From a virus: DNA of 64,000 bases. A model generated the notes under the pieces. That model did no database searches and was not told the DNA's origin. It saw only the letters and a list, made by a program, of their open reading frames with translations. The position numbers and the translations under genes were made by a program. This document shows positions 54,462 to 63,839 of this stretch, one piece after another; the stretch's first letter is position 1, and every line of letters begins with the position of its first letter. The stretch lies in IMG/VR virus record IMGVR_UViG_3300035698_015907, one strand, 5' to 3'.

Positions 54462-57173
54462 CTACGTATTCACTTCTGTCCACAAATCTGGTCCAGATTT
54501 TATAACAGAATCATTGTCGCGGCCCGTGCTTATTATACCAAAAGGAACAACTTCTTCCTCTATAGCATCAGAACCCATTTGATATATGGATTTTACAACG
54601 TCAGTATTTGTTAGGTCTCTAAAATATGGTTGAGAAGATACCCAAGCAAATAATACACAGCACATTACTAGATCATCATTTCCTCTCTCAGCCTCATAGT
54701 GGCCTGTTTTTGTGAGAGAGAAACGAGTTAATTCAGAATAGATATTCAAATCTGATATATCAAGCTGATCAACTTCTATCATAGACTTTAGATTTGCACA
54801 TCCAAGTCTTTTAACTGTTTTAGTAGTCTTAACTCCAAGCTGAGATTTAGACACACCAAATCCAGATGAAATTTCGTGATTTTTGGTTCTCGCAGCAGTC
54901 ATAATGATATTTTCGTATTCTATATCATTATGAAGTATATCTACTACTTGATGTCCTAGATCGTTAGTTTCGATTAATAGCTGAGCATTGTTGAAATATG
55001 TAGCAGCTTCCATTATATACTTCGGATATAGTATAGAGCTTACTGTATTATTCCTAAATGTACATACTACTTTATAAGGAACAGATGATGTATCAAATAC
55101 AACAAATGCAGAATAATCTTGTCCTGAACCATGACTAGTATCAATCACTATCATATAAGAATGTGATCGATCTGCCTGTTCAAAGAATTTGAAACCGTCT
55201 GGTGTCCAATGAATAGGTTCTTTTTGGGTGCCTTCCATCATTGTTAACTTAGAACCAGATATAAGAGTCATTGAAGAACCAAGGAATTCAGTTCCGAATT
55301 CCTGAGCAAAACCTCGTTCAGTCATCAATGCAATTTGCTTCTCCTGCCAAGCATTATCTCTTCCAGGAATCATAGACCAGTGAACTTCTATGGGTTTAAA
55401 TCCATTCCACTCTGGTCGACCATTTTCGTTTGTTTGGCCCTTTTTCTTGGCTTTCGTCCAAATATTATAGAACATATTCATGCCATTTGGTGTAGAAGCT
55501 ATGAATACTTTAGTAGTCTTTCCTGAAGAAATAGTTGGAAAAACTGAGTACCAAAATTCTTCCTGGATATTATCAGGAACAATAGCAAATTCGTCAAGAA
55601 ATACGCAATTATGAACATTAATATCATTAGCTACAAAGCTATTAACATCCTCAACTTCTAATAGATCGTACACATCAGCAAGTCCATTTTGAACTTTTAA
55701 AGCTTCAGAATTTTCAGCTTTTATCCAATTATTATTTTCAAATATAAGATGATCTGGAGTACATACTATAGTTCTACCATCTTTATATGTTAAATGTATA
55801 GTTTCTCTTTTAGATGTAACCTTAATTCCTTCGAATTTTTTGAATCCATCAGCAGTTAAGACGCGTAATTGGCCTTCTTTAAGCTTTTGTTCCAAGGAAT
55901 TCGACCTTTCGCTGCTTCGCTCATTTTTTTCTTTGAAGCTTCTGATCTCTTCGAACCAAGATTCTTTTGCGCTGTTTTCTGTATTTTTTCTGGATTCCGA
56001 TTTATTTTGTTTATATGATCTTCTGTTTTTTTCAGCCCCGTTAATCCATTCGATATATTCTTTCGATTCTCTTCGCTTCTTTTGAATCCTAGAAGTTTTC
56101 CTTTTAGAGAATTTGACATTTTCTTTTTCGATTCTTCTGTATGAATCCTTCCAGTCGCTGATTTCGACATTTTCTTTTTTGTTTCTTCGGTGTGAGTTGT
56201 CCCTAATCTCTGTATGCTCATGGCTTTTGATTGTTCTTGGCGTATAATCATTTTTTGAGCTTCCGTCATTTTCAACATTCTGCCTTGACTGCCAGTCATC
56301 ATTCTGTGTAAAGAAAATGACATCTTCTGATGTATTATTCCTTCCGTCATTTTCATTAAGAGTTTGTGCGCTAACAAGTGTTCTTTTACTGTTAACAGTT
56401 GCATATTCTCTTTTTTGTTCGTTCCACCCAAACATTTCGGGAAGATGTGATGATTTTCCAAATAATATAGCTCTGCTTTTGACCGACTTGGTCTCGATTT
56501 CATCAAATTGAAGTACCATGTCGCGTACTTTCCATTTTTGTACCAAGTCATATAGTTCTCCTATATTCATTTCAACTATATTATCATCTTCATCAGCTAC
56601 TGTTATTTTAGATTTGTATCCAATACAATTGATTGAATATCCTCTTACTGCTGCTGGAGAAGTAGCATTAGATAATATTCTAGAACCATTTTCTAATTCT
56701 ATAGAAGACTTGTTCCATGATACAACACCTTGCTGTAACCATGAAGGCAAAAATTCATATGATATTTTTATTCTATCAACAATTTCAATAGCTGTTGTAT
56801 GTTTGTTAGCAAGAATAGCAGTAGTATAACTTTTATTGAATAATATTGACCATAGAAGATACGCAGATGTTGTTGCAGTCTTTCCTGACTGACGACCAAT
56901 CTTACATATAACATATCTTTCTTCTTCGAAAGATCTTATAATATCTTTCTGCCAATCCCACATCTTGAAAGAAATAATGCCTTCATCAAGAGATATAATC
57001 TTTACATAATTTTCAATAAAGTAAATAGGATCTTTAGCACACTTAACGTATTCTTCAACTTGTTCTAATGTGAATTGAATTCTTACGCTAGGCTTTTTGA
57101 CTTTAAAGTTAGGAGGATAGAAACATTCATCACCTAACTCTTCACTTGGTTTTCCTCTATTATCATTCATCAT
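54462..57173 (-). CDS. gp17: Large terminase precursor (903 aa; 563 aa after intein removal)
   Basis: GRQSGKT Walker A, ELENGS, FLDEFA Walker B, STPNG, DYSAF, DDLVM. Confidence 0.96.
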   Translation of the reverse strand: MMNDNRGKPSEELGDECFYPPNFKVKKPSVRIQFTLEQVEEYVKCAKDPIYFIENYVKIISLDEGIISFKMWDWQKDIIRSFEEERYVICKIGRQSGKTATTSAYLLWSILFNKSYTTAILANKHTTAIEIVDRIKISYEFLPSWLQQGVVSWNKSSIELENGSRILSNATSPAAVRGYSINCIGYKSKITVADEDDNIVEMNIGELYDLVQKWKVRDMVLQFDEIETKSVKSRAILFGKSSHLPEMFGWNEQKREYATVNSKRTLVSAQTLNENDGRNNTSEDVIFFTQNDDWQSRQNVENDGSSKNDYTPRTIKSHEHTEIRDNSHRRNKKENVEISDWKDSYRRIEKENVKFSKRKTSRIQKKRRESKEYIEWINGAEKNRRSYKQNKSESRKNTENSAKESWFEEIRSFKEKNERSSERSNSLEQKLKEGQLRVLTADGFKKFEGIKVTSKRETIHLTYKDGRTIVCTPDHLIFENNNWIKAENSEALKVQNGLADVYDLLEVEDVNSFVANDINVHNCVFLDEFAIVPDNIQEEFWYSVFPTISSGKTTKVFIASTPNGMNMFYNIWTKAKKKGQTNENGRPEWNGFKPIEVHWSMIPGRDNAWQEKQIALMTERGFAQEFGTEFLGSSMTLISGSKLTMMEGTQKEPIHWTPDGFKFFEQADRSHSYMIVIDTSHGSGQDYSAFVVFDTSSVPYKVVCTFRNNTVSSILYPKYIMEAATYFNNAQLLIETNDLGHQVVDILHNDIEYENIIMTAARTKNHEISSGFGVSKSQLGVKTTKTVKRLGCANLKSMIEVDQLDISDLNIYSELTRFSLTKTGHYEAERGNDDLVMCCVLFAWVSSQPYFRDLTNTDVVKSIYQMGSDAIEEEVVPFGIISTGRDNDSVIKSGPDLWTEVNT
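55608..56627 (-). mobile_element. Intein (aa 183-522 of gp17) inserted just before Walker B
   Basis: N-terminal Cys (SIN|CIGYKSKI), block B CTPDH, block F DVYDL, block G VHN|C; the spliced junction SINCVFLDEFA restores the terminase motif. Confidence 0.93.
55856..56551 (-). CDS. HNH homing endonuclease with NUMOD3 repeats, nested in the +1 frame inside the intein
   Basis: ENHHIFPKCLGGTNKKENMQLLTVKEHLLAH (MobE-type HNH); HTEETKKKMS, HTEESKKKMS, RSEENRKNIS, RSEASKKKMS, IPWNK; own AGGAG 6 nt before the ATG. Confidence 0.92.
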   Translation of the reverse strand: MTWYKNGKYATWYFNLMKSRPSRSKAELYYLENHHIFPKCLGGTNKKENMQLLTVKEHLLAHKLLMKMTEGIIHQKMSFSLHRMMTGSQGRMLKMTEAQKMIIRQEQSKAMSIQRLGTTHTEETKKKMSKSATGRIHTEESKKKMSNSLKGKLLGFKRSEENRKNISNGLTGLKKTEDHINKINRNPEKIQKTAQKNLGSKRSEASKKKMSEAAKGRIPWNKSLKKANYAS

Positions 57174-57624
57174 TCTTTATTTCTCTTGTTTTAGTCTGGA
57201 CTCCGTTGTCTTCTAACATTTTTTGGAGACCCTCAGTAGTTAATATCAAATTATTATTAACTGTTGTTGGACCAGTTTCTTCACCAGAAAGCTTTTCTAT
57301 TTCTACCTTTTTCTTAGATAGTTCTAATAAATCTTTGCTGCCATTAAGTATTGTAGATGTAAGAGTAGCAAGAACTTCATATATTCTAGGAGTCTGAGAT
57401 GCACGAGCTAATCCAGTAAGCTCATCAAGTGCATCTGATGCTTTCATTAGTGTATCTATCGTGGTCTGTCTAGAAAGTTCATAATCAGAATCTATTTCAG
57501 TTCTTCTGTTTCCTTCATAAACCGCAATCTGATTAGATTGCTCTTCTTTACCAAGATCACTTTCTATTCCTAGAGACTCTGATAAAGGGTCCCATATCTT
57601 CTTATTTTTTTCATTTTCACTCAT
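57163..57624 (-). CDS. gp16: Small terminase subunit
   Basis: DYELSR, A..S..PR.YEV, TVNNNL....LQKML; directly upstream of gp17. Confidence 0.9.
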   Translation of the reverse strand: MSENEKNKKIWDPLSESLGIESDLGKEEQSNQIAVYEGNRRTEIDSDYELSRQTTIDTLMKASDALDELTGLARASQTPRIYEVLATLTSTILNGSKDLLELSKKKVEIEKLSGEETGPTTVNNNLILTTEGLQKMLEDNGVQTKTREIKNDE

Positions 57625-58436
57625 TATTCAATGTCCTCAATAAATCCATAATCATCATCCCAATCTATATCAGAATAATCTAACGAAATACTAGCATTTG
57701 ATGTTGGTGTGCCATTAGCAGTAAGGCCCGGAGTTATAGTATAGGTAGTATCGAAAGAATTGGCGACAACAGCACCATTACTATCCAACAACCCAGCACG
57801 AATTTTAGCAACCTTGATAATCTTGTCTTTTCTGACTGGTCCATAAAAGAATCCTTTTAATTGAAAGGATAATGTGAAAGTGATTAATCTTTCATCTTCT
57901 AGATTTCCTTCCCATGTATCATTCAAATCTACAGGATTAAGTATCACTGGAATATCTATAAGTATTTCAGGATCATCGATGATCCTAATTGTAGTTGTAA
58001 AATCTGGTGTAAACCATGGAACTATTTGTTCTACGATTTTAACACCATCAGCCATGCTTTTTACATTAACCTGAAGTTCAAAATTGAAATTGTATGGAAC
58101 TGGATTATATACATTAGTTGCTATATTTTTATTAGCAGCATTTATTCCCGGAACTCTTCCTAGTTTATTTAAGTGTCTATCTCCATCATAATAGAATGAA
58201 TGAAGTTTAAAACTCATAAATGGCAAAATCGCAGACCATGGTCGATTAAGATCTGGATCAGAGTTTGCACGAGCGAGCGCTTTGTCTCTCGGACCCCAAA
58301 CAATTGGCACTTTTATAAGTCTAGTAATACTATTATCAGTAGGATCAAGTCGTTCTATGTAAATCTCATTAAAGAGCGTACCGAAAAGACTTACGTATCT
58401 ACTAACTGAGTTATGAAAAAATCTATATCCAAACAT
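57624..58436 (-). CDS. gp15: Tail terminator / proximal sheath stabilizer
   Basis: FGTLFN, VPIVWGP, PVPYN, IVEQIVPWFTP, YGP. Confidence 0.92.
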   Translation of the reverse strand: MFGYRFFHNSVSRYVSLFGTLFNEIYIERLDPTDNSITRLIKVPIVWGPRDKALARANSDPDLNRPWSAILPFMSFKLHSFYYDGDRHLNKLGRVPGINAANKNIATNVYNPVPYNFNFELQVNVKSMADGVKIVEQIVPWFTPDFTTTIRIIDDPEILIDIPVILNPVDLNDTWEGNLEDERLITFTLSFQLKGFFYGPVRKDKIIKVAKIRAGLLDSNGAVVANSFDTTYTITPGLTANGTPTSNASISLDYSDIDWDDDYGFIEDIE

Positions 58437-59173
58437 TAGAATTTACCTGTTGGGTATCTAACTAACGGGTCAATACAAGACCAATCAATTATTACATCAG
58501 CTTCAACTTGGAACTGATCATTTTGAGCATCAAGTACTGAATCAAGTGAAGTCTGATCTTCTAATTCAATAGGAACACCTAGTTGTTCTTCAAGAACTGC
58601 TCCTAGACCATCTTCTAACATAAGACCTCTATCATCTATACCTAATGAATAAGTATCATCGAGTGCATCTATTTCTGGGATTCCAGTGTTTATAATCTCG
58701 CCACTATATCTAAATAGTGCAGTTCTTAATTCCCATACATACAATGCGCCAGATTGATAGAATACAGACTCGTGCTCAACAAAGTTTATTTTGAATAGCT
58801 TTTTATTGAATGGGAAGAATATAAGATCTCCTTCTAGAGGCCTAGTCTTATCTATAATATCACCAACTTGGTGCTTCCATGACTGCATTGCAACAACAAG
58901 AGTCAAAGTGTCTCGAATTTCTAGCTGATCTGTTAGAAATTCTCCCATTCCTCCAAAGCCCAAATCCGGATCTTTAACATACATTTCTACAGTGTATGCA
59001 GAATCATACGAAGACTGATCATCTTCCCTGAATATAGGATCTATATCTCCATAAGTTCTAGGCACATAATAAGTGTTAACGCCATTAACTTTAATAGTTT
59101 CTATGGCGAGATCATTTACAAGTTTCTGTTCAGCAGCACTAGCGTGCTGATTGAAATACTGAGATACTGGCAT
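58436..59173 (-). CDS. gp14: Neck protein
   Basis: EQ.LV..L..E.I...G...YVPR, RPLEGDLIFFP, FYQ.G, TGIPEID. Confidence 0.92.
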   Translation of the reverse strand: MPVSQYFNQHASAAEQKLVNDLAIETIKVNGVNTYYVPRTYGDIDPIFREDDQSSYDSAYTVEMYVKDPDLGFGGMGEFLTDQLEIRDTLTLVVAMQSWKHQVGDIIDKTRPLEGDLIFFPFNKKLFKINFVEHESVFYQSGALYVWELRTALFRYSGEIINTGIPEIDALDDTYSLGIDDRGLMLEDGLGAVLEEQLGVPIELEDQTSLDSVLDAQNDQFQVEADVIIDWSCIDPLVRYPTGKF

Positions 59174-59208
59174 TATATTTGAGCCTTAATTTGTATGAAA
59201 TGTCTCAA

Positions 59209-59958
59209 TTAGCCATAGAAATCCATAGGCGGCAGAACATAATGAGTGAATACTTCTTCTTCCATCTTTTTTCTTTCATTCTGAGCGTCTTCTAGAATTC
59301 TTTCACCATTGAATGTAGAACCACCCATAAGTTTTACACCTACAAATTTAGTTAACTGTGTTCCCCATTGTTCTTTAATTAACACAGTTGAATAATTCTG
59401 AAGCCACCTATCTGACCATATATCAGAATAAACATCTTTATCTAGTCTCTTATAGCATTCAAAAAGTAGATATTCACCGACTTGAATTTTTTCCCAGCTC
59501 ATTCTAGGATGTATTCTATTAGAATGTCGGTTGAAATCGATTGGCTGCTTACCAACAAGAATTTCTTGAATAAGAGCTAGATGTTCCATAGTCAAATAGT
59601 ATGGAACCATAGAAACAGAAGTTAGATTATACAAATCATTAAGTGCTATCTGATACCTAATATTGAAAATATCATCAGAACGCATAGAAGGATCACCAAT
59701 AGGAAACACTCTAACGACACCAATGATATTTTCACTATCATCGATCGTAATATATTTGTTATCTTTATCGGTTTGCGTTATTTGATGACGAAAATATATG
59801 TGTTCAGAACCATCAAAATGATAATCATAATAGAACTGAAGAGCTTCATCAATTCTATCTTCTACTTGATCATCATCAACATTGATTTCAATGACTGGCT
59901 TTCCTAGCTTCCTGAGGCAATAATCTTTAAATTCATCTCTCGTTGATGGAATAGCCAT
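59209..59958 (-). CDS. gp13: Neck protein
   Basis: YCLRKLGKPVIEINVDDDQ.EDRIDEA, IKEQWG..L.KF, PPMDFYG. Confidence 0.94.
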   Translation of the reverse strand: MAIPSTRDEFKDYCLRKLGKPVIEINVDDDQVEDRIDEALQFYYDYHFDGSEHIYFRHQITQTDKDNKYITIDDSENIIGVVRVFPIGDPSMRSDDIFNIRYQIALNDLYNLTSVSMVPYYLTMEHLALIQEILVGKQPIDFNRHSNRIHPRMSWEKIQVGEYLLFECYKRLDKDVYSDIWSDRWLQNYSTVLIKEQWGTQLTKFVGVKLMGGSTFNGERILEDAQNERKKMEEEVFTHYVLPPMDFYG

Positions 59959-59988
59959 CGCGATCCTCCTATTACTACTAAGTATTTA

Positions 59989-61656
59989 TCAGTCTTGAGA
60001 AATGATCAAATCTGTAGATTGAATTTTCCTATATCCACGAAGTTTTAAACGACTAGGATAACTATATGAATTACTATTTAGTACATTAGAAGAATATCCT
60101 GATGCAATAACAAGAGTTGGATAATTATGATTTGGAACTTTTAGATTATTCGTTACATAATTGTATCTAATTGTTATATCATTGAATGCAGGGCGCCATG
60201 ATAGATCGCCAACTATTACTGATGTATCATCGGCTTCTGTATAATTAGAAGATCCAGTCCAATAAACACTAGCTATAGAAGTTAATGTATCAGCATCTTC
60301 AGAATATTCAATAGAACCATTTCTAAGAATCGTAGCAAAAGAATATATTGTATCATCAGATTCTGTTATAGCTATAAATGCTTGAACTAATAGCTGGCCA
60401 TCAGAAGATATACTATCATCTTCTTCAGATACTGATGTTATTGCTGATACAATTAGATTAGCGCTAGAATTTAATGTATCATCTTCTTCAGATATATTAA
60501 CATTACCATTTATGATAATTGCTGCGCCAGATATAGCAGTATCATCAGCTTCGGTATATGTTATTGAAGCTTTTATTAATAGTTCAGAAGATGAATTTAG
60601 AGTATCATTAGCTTCAGTATATTCTACAGAAGCATTAGTAGTATTGATAGCAGAAGCTGAAGCAGTATCATCTGCTTCAGTATATTCAACTGTACCATTT
60701 GTAATATTAATAGCTGAAGCTGAAGTGGTATCAGCAGCTTCTGTATAAGTTACTGATCCTTTGATTAATAGTTCTGAATCAGAGCTAAGAGTGTCGCTAG
60801 CTTCTGTATAAGTTACTGTTCCCTGAAGCAACACTATTGCAACAAAAGAAACTGTATCATCAGCTTCAGTATATTCTATGGAAGCATTAGTAATATTGAT
60901 AGCAGAAGCTGAAGCAGTGTCACTAGCTTCTGTATAAGAAGTTGTAGCTTCTATTAATAGATCTGAAACTGATGTAAGAGTATCAGCAGCTTCTGTATAA
61001 GAAGTTGTAGCTTCTATTAATAGATCTGATGATGAGGTAAGAGTATCAGCAGCTTCTGTATAAGAAACTGTAGCATTAATTAAAAGATCTGATGAAGAAG
61101 TAAGAGTATCATTTGCTTCTGTGTATTCAACAACAGCATTAATTAATAGCGCTGCAGTGGATGATATAGTATCATCAGCTTCAGTATATTCTATGGAAGC
61201 ATTAGTAATATTGATAGCAGAAGCTGAAGCTGAAGCAGTGTCACTAGCTTCTGTATAAGAAGTTGTAGCTTCTATTAATAGATCTGAAACTGATGTAAGA
61301 GTATCAGCAGCTTCTGTGTATTCAACAACAGCATTAATTAATAGCGCTGCAGTGGATGATATAGTATCATCAGCTTCAGTATAAGAAGTTGTAGCTTCTA
61401 TTAATAGATCTGATGAAGATGATATAGTATCATCAGCTTCAGTATAAGAAGTTGTAGCTTCTATTAATAGATCTGATGAAGATGATAATGTGTCGGCAGC
61501 TTCTGTATAAGAAACTGTAGCTTCTATTAATAGATCTGATGAAGATGATAATGTGTCGGCAGCTTCTGTATAAGAAACTGTAGCTTCTATAGGGGGAAGA
61601 GCACTTTCCTCTACAGAACCATATGGTATAGAACCGTATGGAAAGCCACCGAACAT
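59989..61656 (-). CDS. Acidic tandem-repeat virion protein (candidate collar/whisker fibre)
   Basis: About 22 copies of a ~21-aa YTEAxDT repeat; N-terminal MFG.FPYG.IPYG; occupies the wac position upstream of gp13. Confidence 0.75.
   Translation of the reverse strand: MFGGFPYGSIPYGSVEESALPPIEATVSYTEAADTLSSSSDLLIEATVSYTEAADTLSSSSDLLIEATTSYTEADDTISSSSDLLIEATTSYTEADDTISSTAALLINAVVEYTEAADTLTSVSDLLIEATTSYTEASDTASASASAINITNASIEYTEADDTISSTAALLINAVVEYTEANDTLTSSSDLLINATVSYTEAADTLTSSSDLLIEATTSYTEAADTLTSVSDLLIEATTSYTEASDTASASAINITNASIEYTEADDTVSFVAIVLLQGTVTYTEASDTLSSDSELLIKGSVTYTEAADTTSASAINITNGTVEYTEADDTASASAINTTNASVEYTEANDTLNSSSELLIKASITYTEADDTAISGAAIIINGNVNISEEDDTLNSSANLIVSAITSVSEEDDSISSDGQLLVQAFIAITESDDTIYSFATILRNGSIEYSEDADTLTSIASVYWTGSSNYTEADDTSVIVGDLSWRPAFNDITIRYNYVTNNLKVPNHNYPTLVIASGYSSNVLNSNSYSYPSRLKLRGYRKIQSTDLIISQD
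60220..61590 (-). repeat. 63-bp-period coding tandem repeats with longer internal duplications
   Basis: Repeated gcttctgtataagaa...gtagcttctattaatagatctga units. Confidence 0.9.
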
Positions 61657-61697
61657 TTATTAAATCCCTCCTATATATCTACTATTTAGGAAGGTTG

Positions 61698-62984
61698 CTA
61701 TCTCCAACTAAAGACTGCGATAGCTTCTCCGCCACGACTTCCAGACGTGTTTGCCGCTGCGAAAGTGAATGTCTCATCCACATCTGTATCAACGTATGCG
61801 CCAGTCATAGTAGTGTTGTTTTCGGCGGTTTTGGTGTTGTAAGATTCCCTTAATGGTAGTTCCCATACGAGAGTGCAAGGATCGTCGGTCTGCGCTGCAG
61901 CGATTGCGAATCCGTAAGCAGGAACCTCCAGCGTCACTCCGGCAGGGACATTTGAGCCCGTATTTGACCCAACATGATCAGGACTCTCCAGGTTCACAGC
62001 ACGATACACACCGTAAGCCATTCTATTCAATGTGTCAGAGTAATTGAACACTATGTTAGCGGTAGCTCCCATGGACGATGAATCAATGATGGCATACCCG
62101 ATAGCATCTGAAGAATTGTAGAACAGGTTAGCACTCACCCCATCAACAGTGATTGAGTTGATTGAAGAAGCTCCTTCAGCACTACAGGTGATAATCGTGT
62201 ATCTGTTATTTGCAGTTCGGCCTACATCAATGTTGTTGTGTGTATATGAAGCCCCTGCTCCTACATCCTCACCACCGTACACATACTCTACTTGTGCAGC
62301 AGGACTAAAAGTAGAATCGTTTTTTGCCAGATGCAATCCACCTAGGATGTCATAACCTGAAGTAGCTCCATCACCTGTTACAGTCACTAAGTCAGAATTT
62401 GACGAGTATACATAGGCAGCAGATCCGCCATCACCACCAGTTTCTTCATCCCATACTTCTGTAGCATTGGTCCAGTTAACGACACCACCATCACCGGTGA
62501 ACGTCTGGAACACTATGTAGCTTAGATCTTCTTGCTGTAGAGTTAGAGAAGGACCTTCCTCACCCGCCATCCTACCATAAGATGCATCCCAATTGATGTC
62601 GATGCATCTCCAAGTACTGATTGTAATACCACCAACAACCCCACCGAAACTAACATGCACATTAGCTTCTGTGCCAGTTGGAACAGTAGTCTTAAAGAAG
62701 CCTATTGCTCTATCAAGCGGTCCAGTTGACATACGAGACATGCGATACACTGGTGTAGTTTCGACTGAATCTACACTGACAGTGGGGTCGTAATGAACAT
62801 TAAAGTTGAACCATGATACCCCAACTAGAATATCTCTGTCAATATTCGCTGTCCCAGTATTAGCATCAAACTGGAAAGTATTAGCGTCTACTGCGGTCAC
62901 ATAACCATCGGTAAATTCTACTGAATAGTTGAGCCCTAGCAAATTCGCGAGTAAAGCTAATGAAACTCCGTAACCAGGTATCAT
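61698..62984 (-). CDS. Virion structural / tail-fibre-associated protein with two similar beta-rich domains
   Basis: Two halves with V.VD.V.....G.......G..AN(V/I).(V/F)...(W/Y)R pattern; tail region. Confidence 0.65.
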   Translation of the reverse strand: MIPGYGVSLALLANLLGLNYSVEFTDGYVTAVDANTFQFDANTGTANIDRDILVGVSWFNFNVHYDPTVSVDSVETTPVYRMSRMSTGPLDRAIGFFKTTVPTGTEANVHVSFGGVVGGITISTWRCIDINWDASYGRMAGEEGPSLTLQQEDLSYIVFQTFTGDGGVVNWTNATEVWDEETGGDGGSAAYVYSSNSDLVTVTGDGATSGYDILGGLHLAKNDSTFSPAAQVEYVYGGEDVGAGASYTHNNIDVGRTANNRYTIITCSAEGASSINSITVDGVSANLFYNSSDAIGYAIIDSSSMGATANIVFNYSDTLNRMAYGVYRAVNLESPDHVGSNTGSNVPAGVTLEVPAYGFAIAAAQTDDPCTLVWELPLRESYNTKTAENNTTMTGAYVDTDVDETFTFAAANTSGSRGGEAIAVFSWR

Positions 62985-62985
62985 A

Positions 62986-63378
62986 TCAGTCGACTCTTAA
63001 CCTAATGCCTAGGAACATGAATTTCGTCCCATCGCATAAGAATGACAGAAGATCTGCTTGGGCAGCACCTGTAGATAGAACAGGAGTACCAAAGTCACCA
63101 AAGTCGTAATTGGCGTGCCACGTAGGAATTTTTGATCCTCCAGTACCTTGAATGATTTTTACTGTCCAGTTCCATCCTTCTCTCATATTAGAAGGATTTC
63201 CGAATACTCTGTTGCTAGTAAGAGTTACCTTAGCATTCACCCCAGCTTCGTGGTTAACTGCAACAGTTGCAGCATCCGTAAGAGTAACGAATGTGGGATT
63301 TACTAGAAGTCTTAAGTCCAGTGTTTTTAGGGCCATTAGTTTCTTCTCTACTCTGGTAATGCTAGTGCTTGTGTCCAT
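62986..63378 (-). CDS. Tail-fibre-like domain protein (true start probably internal, MALKT)
   Basis: LTDAATVAV...VTLT.NR...NP.N...G....IIQ..GG....W...Y.F...TPVLST.A...DLLSF. Confidence 0.7.
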   Translation of the reverse strand: MDTSTSITRVEKKLMALKTLDLRLLVNPTFVTLTDAATVAVNHEAGVNAKVTLTSNRVFGNPSNMREGWNWTVKIIQGTGGSKIPTWHANYDFGDFGTPVLSTGAAQADLLSFLCDGTKFMFLGIRLRVD

Positions 63379-63839
63379 AGAGAATTGATTGTATCTTCAT
63401 CAATTCCTAAAGCTGTTAATAAATCTTCATTAGTAAATAATGCATCTGATCTAGTATACGATCCACCTGGTGGATTATTCAGTTTCGCTTTGGCAATAGC
63501 TTTAAATACTGGGTCTATATGCGCATCAATAGTTGCTCTTAAATTTGCTTCTCCGACACTTCCTGGCATTTCAATGATTGCCCAAAATCTCCAAGGTTCA
63601 AGAGGAGCATAAATATCATCTAATTGTAAAATATCATCTACTAGTACGATAGGATCTGGATCAACTAATTGTTCTTCTCCTTCGATCTCAGTGAGTTGCC
63701 AACCAACAGCTGCAGTATTGTGCTGCATAACTAAATCATGATCTTGAGGAAACACATAATCTGGTGATTGCTCAGCATCCCACAGGATACTAGCGATAAC
63801 AACATTATTTTTTATAATAGCGTATTTTTGTGCGCTCAT
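63348..63839 (-). CDS. Hypothetical tail-associated protein
   Basis: YAIIKNNVV...I.WD; C-terminal LG.....I..LW..A. Confidence 0.7.
   Translation of the reverse strand: MSAQKYAIIKNNVVIASILWDAEQSPDYVFPQDHDLVMQHNTAAVGWQLTEIEGEEQLVDPDPIVLVDDILQLDDIYAPLEPWRFWAIIEMPGSVGEANLRATIDAHIDPVFKAIAKAKLNNPPGGSYTRSDALFTNEDLLTALGIDEDTINSLWTQALALPE

Noticed and set aside
55608-56627. Terminase insert as a group I intron
   Set aside because: The frame is continuous with complete intein blocks A, B, F and G; no space or motifs for a ribozyme core
8477-63612. Numerous 60-160-aa + strand ORFs opposite core genes
   Set aside because: Typical antisense shadows (Ser/Ile/Phe-rich), with no RBS or motifs
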